A stretch of DNA of 64,000 nucleotides from Candidatus Multivorans sp. (lineage in GTDB: Bacteria > Acidobacteriota > Thermoanaerobaculia > Multivoradales > Multivoraceae). How positions within the stretch are numbered: the first letter of the stretch is position 1; the number at the start of each line of letters is the position of its first letter. Positions 37,845-48,156 of this stretch are shown here, in pieces. The translations under genes and the position numbers were made by a program. The stretch is from NCBI GenBank assembly GCA_965247095.1, contig OZ251997.1:1408001-1472000 (forward strand). Direction: 5' to 3'. A model generated the notes under the pieces. The model had not been told where the DNA came from, did not search any database, and saw nothing but the letters and a program-made list of their open reading frames with translations.

Positions 37845-38174
37845 TCAGTGCGGCGCCGGTGCTCCGCTGGGCGCAAAGACTCCCGCCTGGTCGATCACCG
37901 AGGTCAGGAGCGGAACAGCCATCAGGACAACGAAGAACGCGACCGTCAGGAGCAGCGCCCAGTGGATCAGCTTCTTCTCATCGATCAGGTGCATGAAGAA
38001 GCAGGCGACCAGGGACGCCTTGACGCTCGCGATGAACAGACCGATGGCGATGGCCAGCGGCACCGACACATCAAGGTACGAGGCCGCGACCGTGACCCCG
38101 GTGCCGACCAGCAGGGCACCGAACACCAGGAAGTACGTACGAACGTGCTTGTCGATATCGACGTGTTCACTCAT
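37845..38174 (-). CDS. Cytochrome c oxidase subunit IV family protein
   Basis: YFLVFGALL..T, IASVKASLVACFFMHL. Confidence 0.88.
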   Translation of the reverse strand: MSEHVDIDKHVRTYFLVFGALLVGTGVTVAASYLDVSVPLAIAIGLFIASVKASLVACFFMHLIDEKKLIHWALLLTVAFFVVLMAVPLLTSVIDQAGVFAPSGAPAPH

Positions 38175-38225
38175 GGGATACGACTCGCTCCAAGGTAGCT
38201 ACGGATCAGGGCGAAAGAGGCTCAG

Positions 38226-38825
38226 CTACAGCAGGTAGAAGACGGGGAAGAGGAAGATCCAGACCAGGTCGACGAAGTGCCAGAACAGGCCCGAGTGCTC
38301 GACGCGGTCCGTCAGCCACTGCCGGTTGGTGTGGAACAGCTTCGACCCCGGCCCGCTGAAGTAGGCGTTCCAGGCCATGCCGCCGATCACGTGCAGGGCA
38401 TGCAGCCCGGTCATCGTGAAGTAGATGGCGAGGAAGGTGTTCGACTCCGGATAGTGGTCGTGCGCGAACTTCGCCGTGTACTCGAAGTACTTGATGACCA
38501 GGAAGCCGCCGCCGCAAGCGACGGTCAACCAGCCGAACAGGCGGAAGCGGTTCAACTGTCCGCGCATCAGGGACGCCCAGGCCATCACCATGGTCAGACT
38601 GGAGGCGATCAGCACGGCGGTGTTGAGCGTCGCCAGCGGGATGTTCAGCTCCGCCTCGGCCTGGTAGTGCGCCCACTGACCGTCCGACCCGAGGCGCAGC
38701 ATGATGTAGGTGGCGAACAGCGCGCCGAACAGCATGACCTCCGAGGTCAGAAACAGCCAGATCCCGATCTTGCCGTTGTTGAGGCCCGTTTCGGGGTGGG
38801 CCTCTACCGTGTAGGGGATTTCCAT
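38226..38825 (-). CDS. coxC: Cytochrome c oxidase subunit III
   Basis: GIWLFLTSEVMLFGALF, NTAVLIASS, TGLHALHV, WHFVDLVWIFLFP. Confidence 0.92.
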   Translation of the reverse strand: MEIPYTVEAHPETGLNNGKIGIWLFLTSEVMLFGALFATYIMLRLGSDGQWAHYQAEAELNIPLATLNTAVLIASSLTMVMAWASLMRGQLNRFRLFGWLTVACGGGFLVIKYFEYTAKFAHDHYPESNTFLAIYFTMTGLHALHVIGGMAWNAYFSGPGSKLFHTNRQWLTDRVEHSGLFWHFVDLVWIFLFPVFYLL

Positions 38826-38845
38826 CTCTTCAGGTCCTCAGGCAG

Positions 38846-40603
38846 TCAGGTTGAGGCCGGTTCGGCCTGTGGAGCGTAGTCCTTGTCGCTACCCGGGACG
38901 CTGTACTCGTAGGGCCCGCGTACGACCTCAATCGGCTGATCGAAGTTGCCGTGCGGCGCCGGCGACGGCGCCAACCACTCAAGCGTGGTCGAGTTCCAGG
39001 GGTTGCGGCCAGCCTTCTCGCCGTTCCGGATGCTCATGAAGAAGTTGATGATGAAGGGAATCTGGGCTAGGGCCAGACACCAGGCCGAGACCGACATCAT
39101 CCGGTTCAGGCCGGCCACCTCACCCGCGAAGTCGTAGGTGATGCCGCCGTCCGCCAGCCGCCGGGAGACGCCGTTCAGACCCTGGATCATCATCGGGAAG
39201 AAGACCCCGTTCATGAAGATGAGCGAAGGCCAGAAGTGGAGCTTGCCCAGGAACTCGTTCATCTTGCGGCCCGTGACCTTCGGGAACCAGTAGTAGACGC
39301 CGGCAAACAGCGCGAACAGGGTTCCGGGCGCGACCACGTAGTGGAAGTGCCCGATCACGTAGTAGGTGTCGTGCAGCGGGATGTCCGCCGCCGACAGACC
39401 GAGCGGCAGCCCGGTCAGCCCTCCGATGCCGAACATCGGCAGGAAGCCGAGCGCGAACAGCATCGGCGTGTTGAAGCGGATGGACCCGCCCCAAAGCGAG
39501 ATGAACAGCGCGCTCAGGATGATCACCGATGGGATGGAGATGATCATCGTCGTGGTCTGGAAGAAGGCGGACATCACCGAACCCATGCCGGTGATGAACA
39601 TGTGGTGCGCCCAGACGATGAAGCTCATGAAGCCGAGGAAGATCAGCGAGTACACCATCGAGCGGTAGCCCCAGAGCGGCTTGCGCGAGTTGTTCGCAAT
39701 AACCTCGGCGACGATGCCCATCGCCGGCAGGATCAGGACGTAGACCTCTGGATGGGCGAGGAACCAGAACAGGTGCTGCCAGAGCAGGGGGCTGCCGCCG
39801 CCGCTGACCTCGAGCACCTCGCCGCCGACCACCAGGCCGTCAGGCAGGAAGAAGCTGGTGGAGGCGACCCGGTCCATCAATTGCAGCACGCCCGCGGCTT
39901 CCAGCGGCGGGAAGGCGAGCAGCAGCAGGAAGGCGGTCACGATCTGCGCCCAGCAGAAGAAGGGCAGGCGCATCCAGGTCATCCCGGGCGCCCGGAGTTG
40001 CACCGCGGTGGTGATGAAATTGATCGCGCCGAGCAGCGACGACGTGATCAGGAAGATCATCCCGATCAGCCACGCCGTCTGGCCGTTCAGCGCGATATCG
40101 GAAAGCGGCGAGTAGGAGGTCCAGCCGTTGGCGGCGGCGCCGGTGGGCAGGAAGAAGCTGGCGAACATCGTCACGCCGCCCATGAACAGGGACCAGTAGC
40201 TGATCATGTTGATGCGCGGGAAGGCCATGTCCGGCGCGCCGAGCTGCAGCGGCATCACGAAGTTGCCGAAGCCGCCGACTGCCAGGGGCACAACGCCCAG
40301 GAACACCATGATCGTGCCGTGCATGGCGCCGAGTTCGTTGTAGAAGTCCGGCAGCATGATGCCGCCCGGCGCCCGGCTGTCACCCAGCAGCGAACCGATC
40401 AGGGGAATCGCCTCGCCCGGATAGGCGAGCTGCCAGCGCATGATCATCATCAGACAGAACCCGAAGAACAGGAACGCCAGACCAGTCACGGAGTACTGGA
40501 CGCCGATCACCTTGTGATCGGTCGAGAAGATGAACTTCCGCCAGAAGCTCTGCTCGTGGTGATGCTCTTCGTATGCGTGTGAGGCTTGAACGGGCTCCGC
40601 CAT
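38846..40603 (-). CDS. coxA: Cytochrome c oxidase subunit I (A1 type)
   Basis: STDHK, MHGTIM, DMAFPR, HPEVY, VWAHHM, HDTYYVIGHFHY, RR. Confidence 0.95.
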   Translation of the reverse strand: MAEPVQASHAYEEHHHEQSFWRKFIFSTDHKVIGVQYSVTGLAFLFFGFCLMMIMRWQLAYPGEAIPLIGSLLGDSRAPGGIMLPDFYNELGAMHGTIMVFLGVVPLAVGGFGNFVMPLQLGAPDMAFPRINMISYWSLFMGGVTMFASFFLPTGAAANGWTSYSPLSDIALNGQTAWLIGMIFLITSSLLGAINFITTAVQLRAPGMTWMRLPFFCWAQIVTAFLLLLAFPPLEAAGVLQLMDRVASTSFFLPDGLVVGGEVLEVSGGGSPLLWQHLFWFLAHPEVYVLILPAMGIVAEVIANNSRKPLWGYRSMVYSLIFLGFMSFIVWAHHMFITGMGSVMSAFFQTTTMIISIPSVIILSALFISLWGGSIRFNTPMLFALGFLPMFGIGGLTGLPLGLSAADIPLHDTYYVIGHFHYVVAPGTLFALFAGVYYWFPKVTGRKMNEFLGKLHFWPSLIFMNGVFFPMMIQGLNGVSRRLADGGITYDFAGEVAGLNRMMSVSAWCLALAQIPFIINFFMSIRNGEKAGRNPWNSTTLEWLAPSPAPHGNFDQPIEVVRGPYEYSVPGSDKDYAPQAEPAST

Positions 40604-40661
40604 GGACGCCGCTCCTTTCCTGGTCCTTGTCTCGACTCTTCGACCCGGCAGTACGGCCCGA

Positions 40662-41387
40662 CTACGGCCTCACGAACACGAAGTCCTGCGTGACCGCGTC
40701 GCTCGCACCAACGGTCACTTCCGCGGTGTAGATGCCACCGTCGCCGAATCCTTCGACTTCGTGTTGCGCTTCAATGGTGTAGGTGCCGGCCGGCAGCCCC
40801 TCGATCTTGAACGTGCCGTCCATGCCGGTGACGGCGTAGAACGGATGGTCGACGACCGTCATGTAGGAGCCCATCCAGGGATGGACATCGCACTTGATCC
40901 TAAAGCGCTCCTTCTTGGTGAACTTGTAGTCCGCCTCGGTCACGTTGCCCGGCATCGCCCGGTTGAAGGGAGTGTTCTCCTTCGACAGCGAGTGGACGTT
41001 GTGCAACAGACCGTCCGAGTTCTTGACCTTGAACTGCTGGCCGATCTGGATGCCCATCACGTGCGGCGTGTAGACGCAGCCGTTCTGGTCCATGACGACG
41101 GGCTCGGAGGGCGGATCGTACGACTTGTCTTCCAGGCCATCCGTGATCATCACGAACACGTTGGCGAGAGCGTTGTCGGCCCCCAGCACGAGCATTTCGG
41201 GCTTGACAGCGCCGCTGTGCTTGGCGGCGCACTTGGGATCGGCGTCCATCCTCAAAGGGCGGAAGTTCGGCACCTGGCCGTCATAGGTGATCTTGCCGGT
41301 AATCGTGCCGCCGAGAACGACCGAGGACGAAGCCAGGGCAAGGGCGAGGAGGACGGCACAGACGCGGATCGTCTGCTTCGGAATCAT
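40662..41387 (-). CDS. Secreted cupredoxin-like / carboxypeptidase-regulatory-like beta protein (first gene of cox operon)
   Basis: Signal peptide; DPKC, DQNGCVY.PH, LHNVH, KCDVHPWM, GTFKIEGLPAGTY. Confidence 0.75.
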   Translation of the reverse strand: MIPKQTIRVCAVLLALALASSSVVLGGTITGKITYDGQVPNFRPLRMDADPKCAAKHSGAVKPEMLVLGADNALANVFVMITDGLEDKSYDPPSEPVVMDQNGCVYTPHVMGIQIGQQFKVKNSDGLLHNVHSLSKENTPFNRAMPGNVTEADYKFTKKERFRIKCDVHPWMGSYMTVVDHPFYAVTGMDGTFKIEGLPAGTYTIEAQHEVEGFGDGGIYTAEVTVGASDAVTQDFVFVRP

Positions 41388-41598
41388 GTCGAGGCTCCTT
41401 GGACAGGGAGGTGATGTAGAGGTTGATGAACTGGGCGCCGGCTACCTGCCCGCGCCGCCCCATGACGGCATGGCGCGCGGCGACCGCCGGATGAACTTCC
41501 CCAGATTCAGGACTTCTCCTAGAGCGGGGGCAGCGTAGCAAGGACCGGGACTGGGAACAAGACGGATCGGCGGTGCGGCGGCACGCGTCTTCGGGTCG

Positions 41599-42819
41599 TC
41601 AGATGTTCTCGAAGGCAAGCGACTCCAGCAGGCGCGGATCGCGAGTCGGCAGCAGCGCGCCGCGGCCCAGCAGCCAGGTCACGAACGCCACGAACAGTCC
41701 CCCGACACCGAGGATCGACGTGACGTCGAGCAACGAGAAATGCACACCCTCGTGATGCAGGTTCGGCATCACCAGCCAGTAGATATCCCACAGGTGCATG
41801 GCCAGCATCCACAACGCGCCGAGCAGCAGCAGCACGCGGTTGCGCTTGATCGTCCGCGGCATCAGGAAGAAGAACGGAATCGCGAAGTGGCCGATCGCGA
41901 GCAGCATCGTCGCCGTCCGCCAACTCCCCTCCAGACGGTGCAGGAACCAGCCCGTCTCTTCCGGGATGTTCGCGTACCAGATCAGGAAGAACTGGCTGAA
42001 GGCGATGTAGGCCCAGAACACCGTGAAGGCGAACAGCAGCTTGCCGAGGTCGTGCAGGTGCTCGCCGGTGATCACGCCCCGGAAGTAGCCGGCGAAGCCG
42101 AGCGCCAGGGTGAGAACGGTGAGCCCAGCGAAAGCGGCGACGATCGTGCCGGCGAAGAAGTACACGCCGAACATCGTCGAGTACCAGTGCGGATCGAGCG
42201 ACATGAGCCAGTCGAAGCCGGCAAAGGTCAGGGTCAGAGCAAACAGGGCCAGGGCCGGCGGACTGAAACGGGCCATGCGCCGGGAGAGGGCCTCGTCGCC
42301 GGTCGCGTCCTGCCGGCGCGAAGTGTTCCGGAAAAACAGCGCCAACCCGGTCCAGATGCCGAAGTAGACGACGGTGCGGATCCAGAAGCCGGTCTGGTTG
42401 AGCCACGGCTCCTTGGCCTGGAGCAGACGGTCATGCGCCACCGCGTCGGCATGGGTCCAGTGGAACAGGTCGTGCATCCCGTACGCCACGACCGGAATGA
42501 ACAGAACCGCCAGCACCGGCAACGCACAAGCCAGCGTCTCCGCCAGCCGGCGGACGACCACGCCCCACCCCGCCTTCGTCGCATGGTGGATCAGGACGAA
42601 GAACAGGCTGCCAAGGCCGATGCCGACGAAGAAGACGACCGCCACCAGCCACGAGTGGAAGAACTGCTTGGCGTTCTCCTCGGAGCCCATCGCCAGCAGA
42701 ACCGACGCCGCGGTTCCCAGGACCCCGACCGCGCCGGCGATGAGCGGCAGCCGCGCCCACGTGCTGCCCGGCCGGATCACGAGCTGGTCGAGATGAATGA
42801 TGCGGGGTCCGTGACTCAT
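41599..42819 (-). CDS. actF: Alternative complex III subunit ActF
   Basis: WGVVVRRLAE, FDWLMSLDPHWYSTMFG, HLHDLGKLLFAF..FWAYI.FSQFFLIWYANIPEE. Confidence 0.88.
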   Translation of the reverse strand: MSHGPRIIHLDQLVIRPGSTWARLPLIAGAVGVLGTAASVLLAMGSEENAKQFFHSWLVAVVFFVGIGLGSLFFVLIHHATKAGWGVVVRRLAETLACALPVLAVLFIPVVAYGMHDLFHWTHADAVAHDRLLQAKEPWLNQTGFWIRTVVYFGIWTGLALFFRNTSRRQDATGDEALSRRMARFSPPALALFALTLTFAGFDWLMSLDPHWYSTMFGVYFFAGTIVAAFAGLTVLTLALGFAGYFRGVITGEHLHDLGKLLFAFTVFWAYIAFSQFFLIWYANIPEETGWFLHRLEGSWRTATMLLAIGHFAIPFFFLMPRTIKRNRVLLLLGALWMLAMHLWDIYWLVMPNLHHEGVHFSLLDVTSILGVGGLFVAFVTWLLGRGALLPTRDPRLLESLAFENI

Positions 42820-43427
42820 CAGGCGTCCTCGCCGCCGGCGCCGTCGTCCGGCGGATCCTCGATCGGCACGTGCTCGACCTCGACCGCGCCGAGACCGCTC
42901 AGGAACTCGGCCGTGGCCTGATCGTCGTACTTCGGATCCCAGGCCTCGATGGCGATGAACAGACCGTCATCGGTGACCCGCGCGAAGGTCTCCGACCGGA
43001 ACAGCGGGTGGTGGTAGGTCGGGAGCTTGTTCAACGCGAACATGCCGAGGACCGCCCCCAGGGCGGCGCCGAGCACGCCGAGTTCGAAGGCGACCGGCAC
43101 GAAGGCCGGCCAGGTGAAGAGCGGCTTGCCGCTGATGACCAGCGGATAGGCCATGATGTGGACCCAGCTCTGCAGGCCGAAGCCGAGCCCGGCGCCGGTA
43201 AGACCCGTTCCCAGCACCAGGAACGGCAGCTTGGACGGCTTGAGGCCCATCGCCTTCTCCAGGCCGTGGACCGGGAAGGGGGTCAGCGCGTCCCACTTCG
43301 AGTAGCCGGCGTCTCTGACCGCCTCGCAGGCGCGGTAGAGCGCCTTGGCGGTCGTAAAGCGGGCCAGCACGCCGTAGTGGCTGTAGCCGCCGGACGCCTC
43401 GGGGACCTCCAGGTGCATCAGACCCAT
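42819..43427 (-). CDS. actD: Alternative complex III subunit ActD (DUF3341)
   Basis: DALTPFPVHGL, YPLVISGKP, PAFVPVAFELGVL, TDDGLFIAI. Confidence 0.88.
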   Translation of the reverse strand: MGLMHLEVPEASGGYSHYGVLARFTTAKALYRACEAVRDAGYSKWDALTPFPVHGLEKAMGLKPSKLPFLVLGTGLTGAGLGFGLQSWVHIMAYPLVISGKPLFTWPAFVPVAFELGVLGAALGAVLGMFALNKLPTYHHPLFRSETFARVTDDGLFIAIEAWDPKYDDQATAEFLSGLGAVEVEHVPIEDPPDDGAGGEDA

Positions 43428-43428
43428 G

Positions 43429-44889
43429 TCAGGCTCCTCCCCCACCGGCCGGGGCCGTCTGAGGCATCGGCGCCGCGTCCGCACCGCCCCGCACGACCCG
43501 CACCAGTTCCTCGCCCTGGTGGGGATCCGCCTCCGGCAGCACCGTCTTGACCTCGGCGGTCGCCACCATCGGCAGGAAGCGGGCGAACAGGCAGAACATC
43601 GTGAAGAACAGGCCGAAGCTGCCGATCAGCGAGGCGAAGTCCCAGAAGGTGGCCTGGTAGTAGTCCCAGTTCGCGGGCAGGAAGTCGCGGTGGAGCGACG
43701 AGACGACGATCACGAAGCGCTCGAACCACATGCCGATGTTGATCAGGATCGAGGAGATGAACAGCCAGCCGATGTGGTTGCGCATCTTCTTGAACCAGAA
43801 CAACTGCGGCGTGAGCACGTTGCAGCTCACCATGATCCAGTAGGCCCAGGAGTACGGCCCCATGACCCGGTTGGCGAACGCGAACTGCTCGTAGGGATTG
43901 CCGCTGTACCAGGAGATGAACAGCTCGATGCTGTAGGCATAGCCGACCATGGACCCGGTCAGCAGCATGATCTTGGCCATGTTCTCGAGGTGGCGCATCG
44001 TGATGATGTCCTCCATCTTGAATACGACCCGGCAGATCAGCATCAGGGTCATGACCATGGCGAAGCCCGAGAAGATGGCGCCGGCGACGAAGTAGGGCGG
44101 GAAGATGGTCGTGTGCCAGCCCGGCAACTGCGCGGTGGCGAAGTCCATCGACACCACCGAGTGGACCGAGAGCACCAGCGGCGTCGCCAGCCCGGCCAGC
44201 ATCAGGTAGGCCCGCTCGTAGTGGAGCCAGCTTCGGTACGAACCGCGCCAGCCGAGCGCGAAGATGCCGTAGACGAGCTTGCGGATCCGCGTCTTGGCGC
44301 GGTCGCGGATCGTCGCCAGGTCGGGAATCAGGCCCACGTACCAGAACATCACGGACACCGTGCCGTAGATCGAGACCGCGAACACGTCCCAGATCAGCGG
44401 ACTGCGGAAGTTCGGCCACATGTCCATCTGGTTCGGCAGCGGGAACATCCAGTACGCGACCCACACCCGGCCGACGTGAATGCCCGGAAACACCATCGCG
44501 CACATGACCGCGAAGATGGTCATCGCCTCGGCGGCGCGGTTGATCGAGGTGCGCCACTTCTGCCGGAACAGGAACAGGATCGCCGAAATCAGGGTGCCGG
44601 CGTGGCCGATGCCGACCCAGAACACGAAGTTGACGATCGCGAAGCCCCAACTGACCGGGTTGTTCAGGCCCCAGATACCGGTGCCCTCCCAGAACAGCCA
44701 GCCGATGGAGACCCCGAACAGGCCCAGCATCGCCAGCGACGGCAGGAAGAAGAACCACCAGCCGAGCGGCGTCTTGCGCTCGACGGGGAGGGCGACCGCG
44801 TTCGTCAGCGAACGGAAGTCGTAGCCGCCGACAATGAGCGGCGCGCGTCCGGCGACGGGCTCGTGAGTGTTGTCCTGACTCTGTGCCAT
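43429..44889 (-). CDS. actC: Alternative complex III subunit ActC (NrfD/PsrC family quinol-binding)
   Basis: [82 protein letters not shown]. Confidence 0.92.
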   Translation of the reverse strand: MAQSQDNTHEPVAGRAPLIVGGYDFRSLTNAVALPVERKTPLGWWFFFLPSLAMLGLFGVSIGWLFWEGTGIWGLNNPVSWGFAIVNFVFWVGIGHAGTLISAILFLFRQKWRTSINRAAEAMTIFAVMCAMVFPGIHVGRVWVAYWMFPLPNQMDMWPNFRSPLIWDVFAVSIYGTVSVMFWYVGLIPDLATIRDRAKTRIRKLVYGIFALGWRGSYRSWLHYERAYLMLAGLATPLVLSVHSVVSMDFATAQLPGWHTTIFPPYFVAGAIFSGFAMVMTLMLICRVVFKMEDIITMRHLENMAKIMLLTGSMVGYAYSIELFISWYSGNPYEQFAFANRVMGPYSWAYWIMVSCNVLTPQLFWFKKMRNHIGWLFISSILINIGMWFERFVIVVSSLHRDFLPANWDYYQATFWDFASLIGSFGLFFTMFCLFARFLPMVATAEVKTVLPEADPHQGEELVRVVRGGADAAPMPQTAPAGGGGA

Positions 44890-45046
44890 CGAGGGCGTAC
44901 AAGTAGGGCGGCGGTACCCTCAAGGGCGGGCCGGGCCACGAATCGCGCGGAAGCTAACACCGGCCCCCATCCGGGTCAAGGAATCCGGCCCGAAGAATGC
45001 GAATTCGGCCGTTCGTTCTCAGCCACGAGGCCCATAGAATGGCGCC

Positions 45047-45859
45047 ATGACTCATCTCCCGCTTCGCTCGTTCCGCCGCGTCCCGCCCGCGACGCTCCTC
45101 CTGCTCCTGTTTCCCCTCGCCCTGACCGGCTGCGGCGGTGGCACGGGCGACGGGGCCGGCCAGGCTGCCCCGGAAGCCGAAGCGCCGCCGACGGCGCCGC
45201 TCGGCGGCAGCACGATCGCCGGCGCCATCCGCTACGACGGCGAGCTCCCCCGACTCCAACCCCTGAACATGGACGCGGATCCGGCCTGCGCCGCCAAGCA
45301 CACCGAGGCCGTGTTCCCCGAGATTCTCGAAGTCGACGAACAGGCCGGCCTGGCCAACGTCCTGGTCTACGTGACCAGCGGCCTCCCCGGGGGCCCGTAT
45401 CCGCTGGCGGAGCCAACCGTTATCGACCAGCGTGGATGCCGCTACACCCCCCACGTCGCCGGCATCATGGTCGGCCAGGAGTTGGAGGTCCTGAACTCCG
45501 ACGAACTGCTGCACAACGTCCACTCGCTGTCCGAGGTCAATCGGCCCTTCAACCGCGCGATGCCGGGCGCCATCAAGCGGGCCACCTTCTCGTTCACCGA
45601 CGAGGAGCCGGCCTTCCGCATCAAGTGCGACGTCCACCCGTGGATGTCGACCTACCTCGGCGTGTTCAACCACCCCTACTTCGCCGTCACCGGACCCGAC
45701 GGCTCGTTCGAGATCCCCGGCCTGCCGGCCGGCACCTACGAGATCGAGGCGTGGCACGAACGCCTCGGCACCCTGAAGTCCCCCGTCACCCTGCTCGACG
45801 GCCTCACCGCCATGGTCGACCTCAAGTTCGCCTTGCCGGGAACGGTAGAAGCTCCGTAG
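45047..45859 (+). CDS. Lipoprotein paralogue of the cupredoxin-like protein at 40662
   Basis: Lipobox LTGC; DPAC, DQRGCRY.PH, LHNVH, KCDVHPWM, GSFEIPGLPAGTY. Confidence 0.78.
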   Translation: MTHLPLRSFRRVPPATLLLLLFPLALTGCGGGTGDGAGQAAPEAEAPPTAPLGGSTIAGAIRYDGELPRLQPLNMDADPACAAKHTEAVFPEILEVDEQAGLANVLVYVTSGLPGGPYPLAEPTVIDQRGCRYTPHVAGIMVGQELEVLNSDELLHNVHSLSEVNRPFNRAMPGAIKRATFSFTDEEPAFRIKCDVHPWMSTYLGVFNHPYFAVTGPDGSFEIPGLPAGTYEIEAWHERLGTLKSPVTLLDGLTAMVDLKFALPGTVEAP

Positions 45860-45874
45860 GGGACGTATGCCGAG

Positions 45875-45894
45875 GAATTCCGTGAACGGAATTC
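45875..45894. other. Perfect inverted repeat (hairpin or operator)
   Basis: GAATTCCGT-GA-ACGGAATTC, 15 bp after a stop codon and upstream of the AbiE pair; no U-tract. Confidence 0.4.
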
Positions 45895-46002
45895 AGTCGT
45901 AGCGATGCCGGTTCCAGCCACCAGCCCTTCGGCTGCACCCGGCTGTCAGGACGCCGACGCGATTCGGCAGCAACAAATGACCAAGGTTGATAAGTTCATG
46001 CC

Positions 46003-46638
46003 ATGAGATTCGGAGAACTGGTCGCCGCAGTCGCTGACGAGCCAGTCTTCGAGACGGGACTACTGCTGGCCGGACCCTGCGACCCCGGAAACGTCAGGCG
46101 GCAACTCTCGCGCTGGGTCCGCAACGGCAGAGTTCAGAAGCTGCGGCGCGGACTGTATGCGCTCGCGCCACCCTGGCAGCACCGCGTTCCGCACCCGTTC
46201 CTGCTCGCCAACCGCCTGGCGCCGGGATCCTACGTCAGCGGACTGGCGGCGCTGGGCTTCGCCCATGCAATCCCGGAATTCGTCCCGGAGGTCACCAGCG
46301 TGACACCTGGACGACCGCACACCCGGCACCTGCCGTCGGGCCGCTTCTCCTTCCGCCACCTCAAGGCCGATCGGTTGTTCGGCTACCGCCTGCTCGATCT
46401 CGGCGACAACCAGCAGGCGTTCGTGGCGACGCCGGAGAAGGCGCTGCTCGATTCCGTCTACCTGCAACCCGGCGGCGACGACCGGAAGTACCTGCGGGAA
46501 CTTCGGCTGGACTTCGGCGCCCTGGACTTGGACGCCCTCCAAGAGGCAGCGGCACGGTATGCCTCGCCGAAACTGGTTCGAGCGGCCCGTCGCATCCGCG
46601 AACTCGCCGCCGAGGCGCCCCCGTACGAGCTGCTGTGA
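46003..46638 (+). CDS. Type IV TA antitoxin, AbiEi family
   Basis: LSRW...KLRRGLY wHTH, SYVS..AL.F...IPE, ATPEKALLD; GTGA overlap with the toxin gene. Confidence 0.85.
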   Translation: MRFGELVAAVADEPVFETGLLLAGPCDPGNVRRQLSRWVRNGRVQKLRRGLYALAPPWQHRVPHPFLLANRLAPGSYVSGLAALGFAHAIPEFVPEVTSVTPGRPHTRHLPSGRFSFRHLKADRLFGYRLLDLGDNQQAFVATPEKALLDSVYLQPGGDDRKYLRELRLDFGALDLDALQEAAARYASPKLVRAARRIRELAAEAPPYELL

Positions 46639-47453
46639 AGGACCACCTCAAGGCGCTGGTCCGCGGGCGCGACCCGTTGCACGGCCGCAACGTGGCCAGG
46701 GAGTACCTGCAGGCGCGCGCTCTCCGGGCCATTCAAGGCGCGGGCGCCATGAACGCGTTGGCGTTTCAGGGCGGCACCTGCCTGCGGTTCCTGTTCTCGC
46801 TGCCCCGCTACTCCGAAGACCTGGACTTCGCGCTCGAAGGCAACCGCGCGGTCTACGACCTACCGAACTATCTGAGAGCCATCCGCGCCGAACTCGCCGC
46901 CGAGGACTATCGGGTGGAGTTGCGGCTCCGCGAACACCGCTCCGTCCATGGCGCGTTCACGCGCTTCCCTGGTTTGCTCCACGAGTTGGGCCTGTCGCCG
47001 CACCGCTCGGAAGCGTTGGCAATCAAGATCGAAGTCGACACCAATCCCCCGAAGGGGGCGGGACACCAGATCAGCCTCGTGCGCCGACACGTTACGCTCA
47101 GGCTCTTCCATCACGACCGCGCTTCTCTCTTGGCCGGCAAGCTTCATGCCGTTCTGCAGCGCGGCTATGCGAAGGGCCGGGATCTGTACGACCTGATCTG
47201 GTACCTGAGCGACCCGGACTGGCCCGCGCCCAACCTGTCGCTGCTCAACGCGGCGCTGCGCCAGAGCGACTGGCAGGGAGATGAGTTGACGCCCCGTTCG
47301 TGGACCGAGGCGGTCGCGGAGCGACTGGAGGCGCTGAACTGGGAGCGGGCGCTTGGAGACGTGCGGCCGTTCCTCGAAGAACAGGACGACATCGACCTCG
47401 TCACCCGCGACAACGCGCTGCGCCTCCTCGCCAGGTCGAGTTCGGGCGGTTGA
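46635..47453 (+). CDS. Type IV TA toxin, AbiEii/AbiGii nucleotidyltransferase
   Basis: AFQGGTCL...RYSEDLDF, IKIEVD, KLHA..R..KGRDLYD. Confidence 0.9.
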   Translation: MKDHLKALVRGRDPLHGRNVAREYLQARALRAIQGAGAMNALAFQGGTCLRFLFSLPRYSEDLDFALEGNRAVYDLPNYLRAIRAELAAEDYRVELRLREHRSVHGAFTRFPGLLHELGLSPHRSEALAIKIEVDTNPPKGAGHQISLVRRHVTLRLFHHDRASLLAGKLHAVLQRGYAKGRDLYDLIWYLSDPDWPAPNLSLLNAALRQSDWQGDELTPRSWTEAVAERLEALNWERALGDVRPFLEEQDDIDLVTRDNALRLLARSSSGG

Positions 47454-47462
47454 ACCCTACCG

Positions 47463-48125
47463 CTAGTCGCCCAGCGTCCGCCACAGTTCGGCCAGCGCGT
47501 CGTCCGGATCGTCGACCTTGATCGTGGTCATGCCGAGCGCCCGAGCCGTCTTGAGGTTCGATCCGATGTCGTCCAGGAACACCGCCTCCTCCGGCTCGAC
47601 GCCGATCCGGCTGCAGGCCAGGCCGTAGATCGCAGGATCCGGCTTGCGCAGGCCGACGACGCTCGACTCGATGTACTCGTCGAACAGGGCCCGGACCTCC
47701 GCCCGCGCCGCGGCCTCCCCGGCATCCTTCGGTTCCCGTTCCTCCTCGCTGACCCAGTTGTTGGTCAGCGCCGCCACCGTGTAGCCGTCGGCCCGCAGCC
47801 GCCGCAACGCGTCGATCATCTGCGGTCGCGGCCTCGACTCCTCGGCGATCGCCGCCATCATGTCCTCGGCCGAGAACCGCTCGGCGACCGCCGGGTCGGC
47901 GGCCTCCACGTCGCGGTCGAAGGCGGCGAAGAAGCCCGGCCCCATGACCAGCTCGCCCCTCTCCATCCGCTGCCAGGAACCTTCCGGGCCGGCCGCAACG
48001 ACCAGGCGGTTGACGAAGTTCTCCTCGATCCCGTTCGCCAGTTCGTATCGCCGGATCGCATGCAGGGGCGAACCGAAGACGACCCCACCGAGGTCGAAGA
48101 TGACTGCTCTGTACTTCATGCGCAT
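47463..48125 (-). CDS. HAD-family phosphatase (epoxide-hydrolase N-domain-like)
   Basis: AVIFDLGGV, ALTNN, RKPDPAIY, FLDD..N. Confidence 0.88.
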   Translation of the reverse strand: MRMKYRAVIFDLGGVVFGSPLHAIRRYELANGIEENFVNRLVVAAGPEGSWQRMERGELVMGPGFFAAFDRDVEAADPAVAERFSAEDMMAAIAEESRPRPQMIDALRRLRADGYTVAALTNNWVSEEEREPKDAGEAAARAEVRALFDEYIESSVVGLRKPDPAIYGLACSRIGVEPEEAVFLDDIGSNLKTARALGMTTIKVDDPDDALAELWRTLGD

Positions 48126-48156
48126 CTCTCTTGGTGTTTGGCGCCGCCGGCCGCCT

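Noticed and set aside
41390-41540. Riboswitch in the ~140-nt leader of the cox operon
   Set aside because: GC-rich stems are possible, but no known aptamer consensus was recognised; an Rfam/Infernal search would be needed.
43426-45885. 819-aa plus-strand ORF and similar long ORFs (e.g. 16962..18938, 23435..25144, 61195..63093)
   Set aside because: Antisense or alternative-frame shadows of real genes, expected at high GC; no recognisable motifs.
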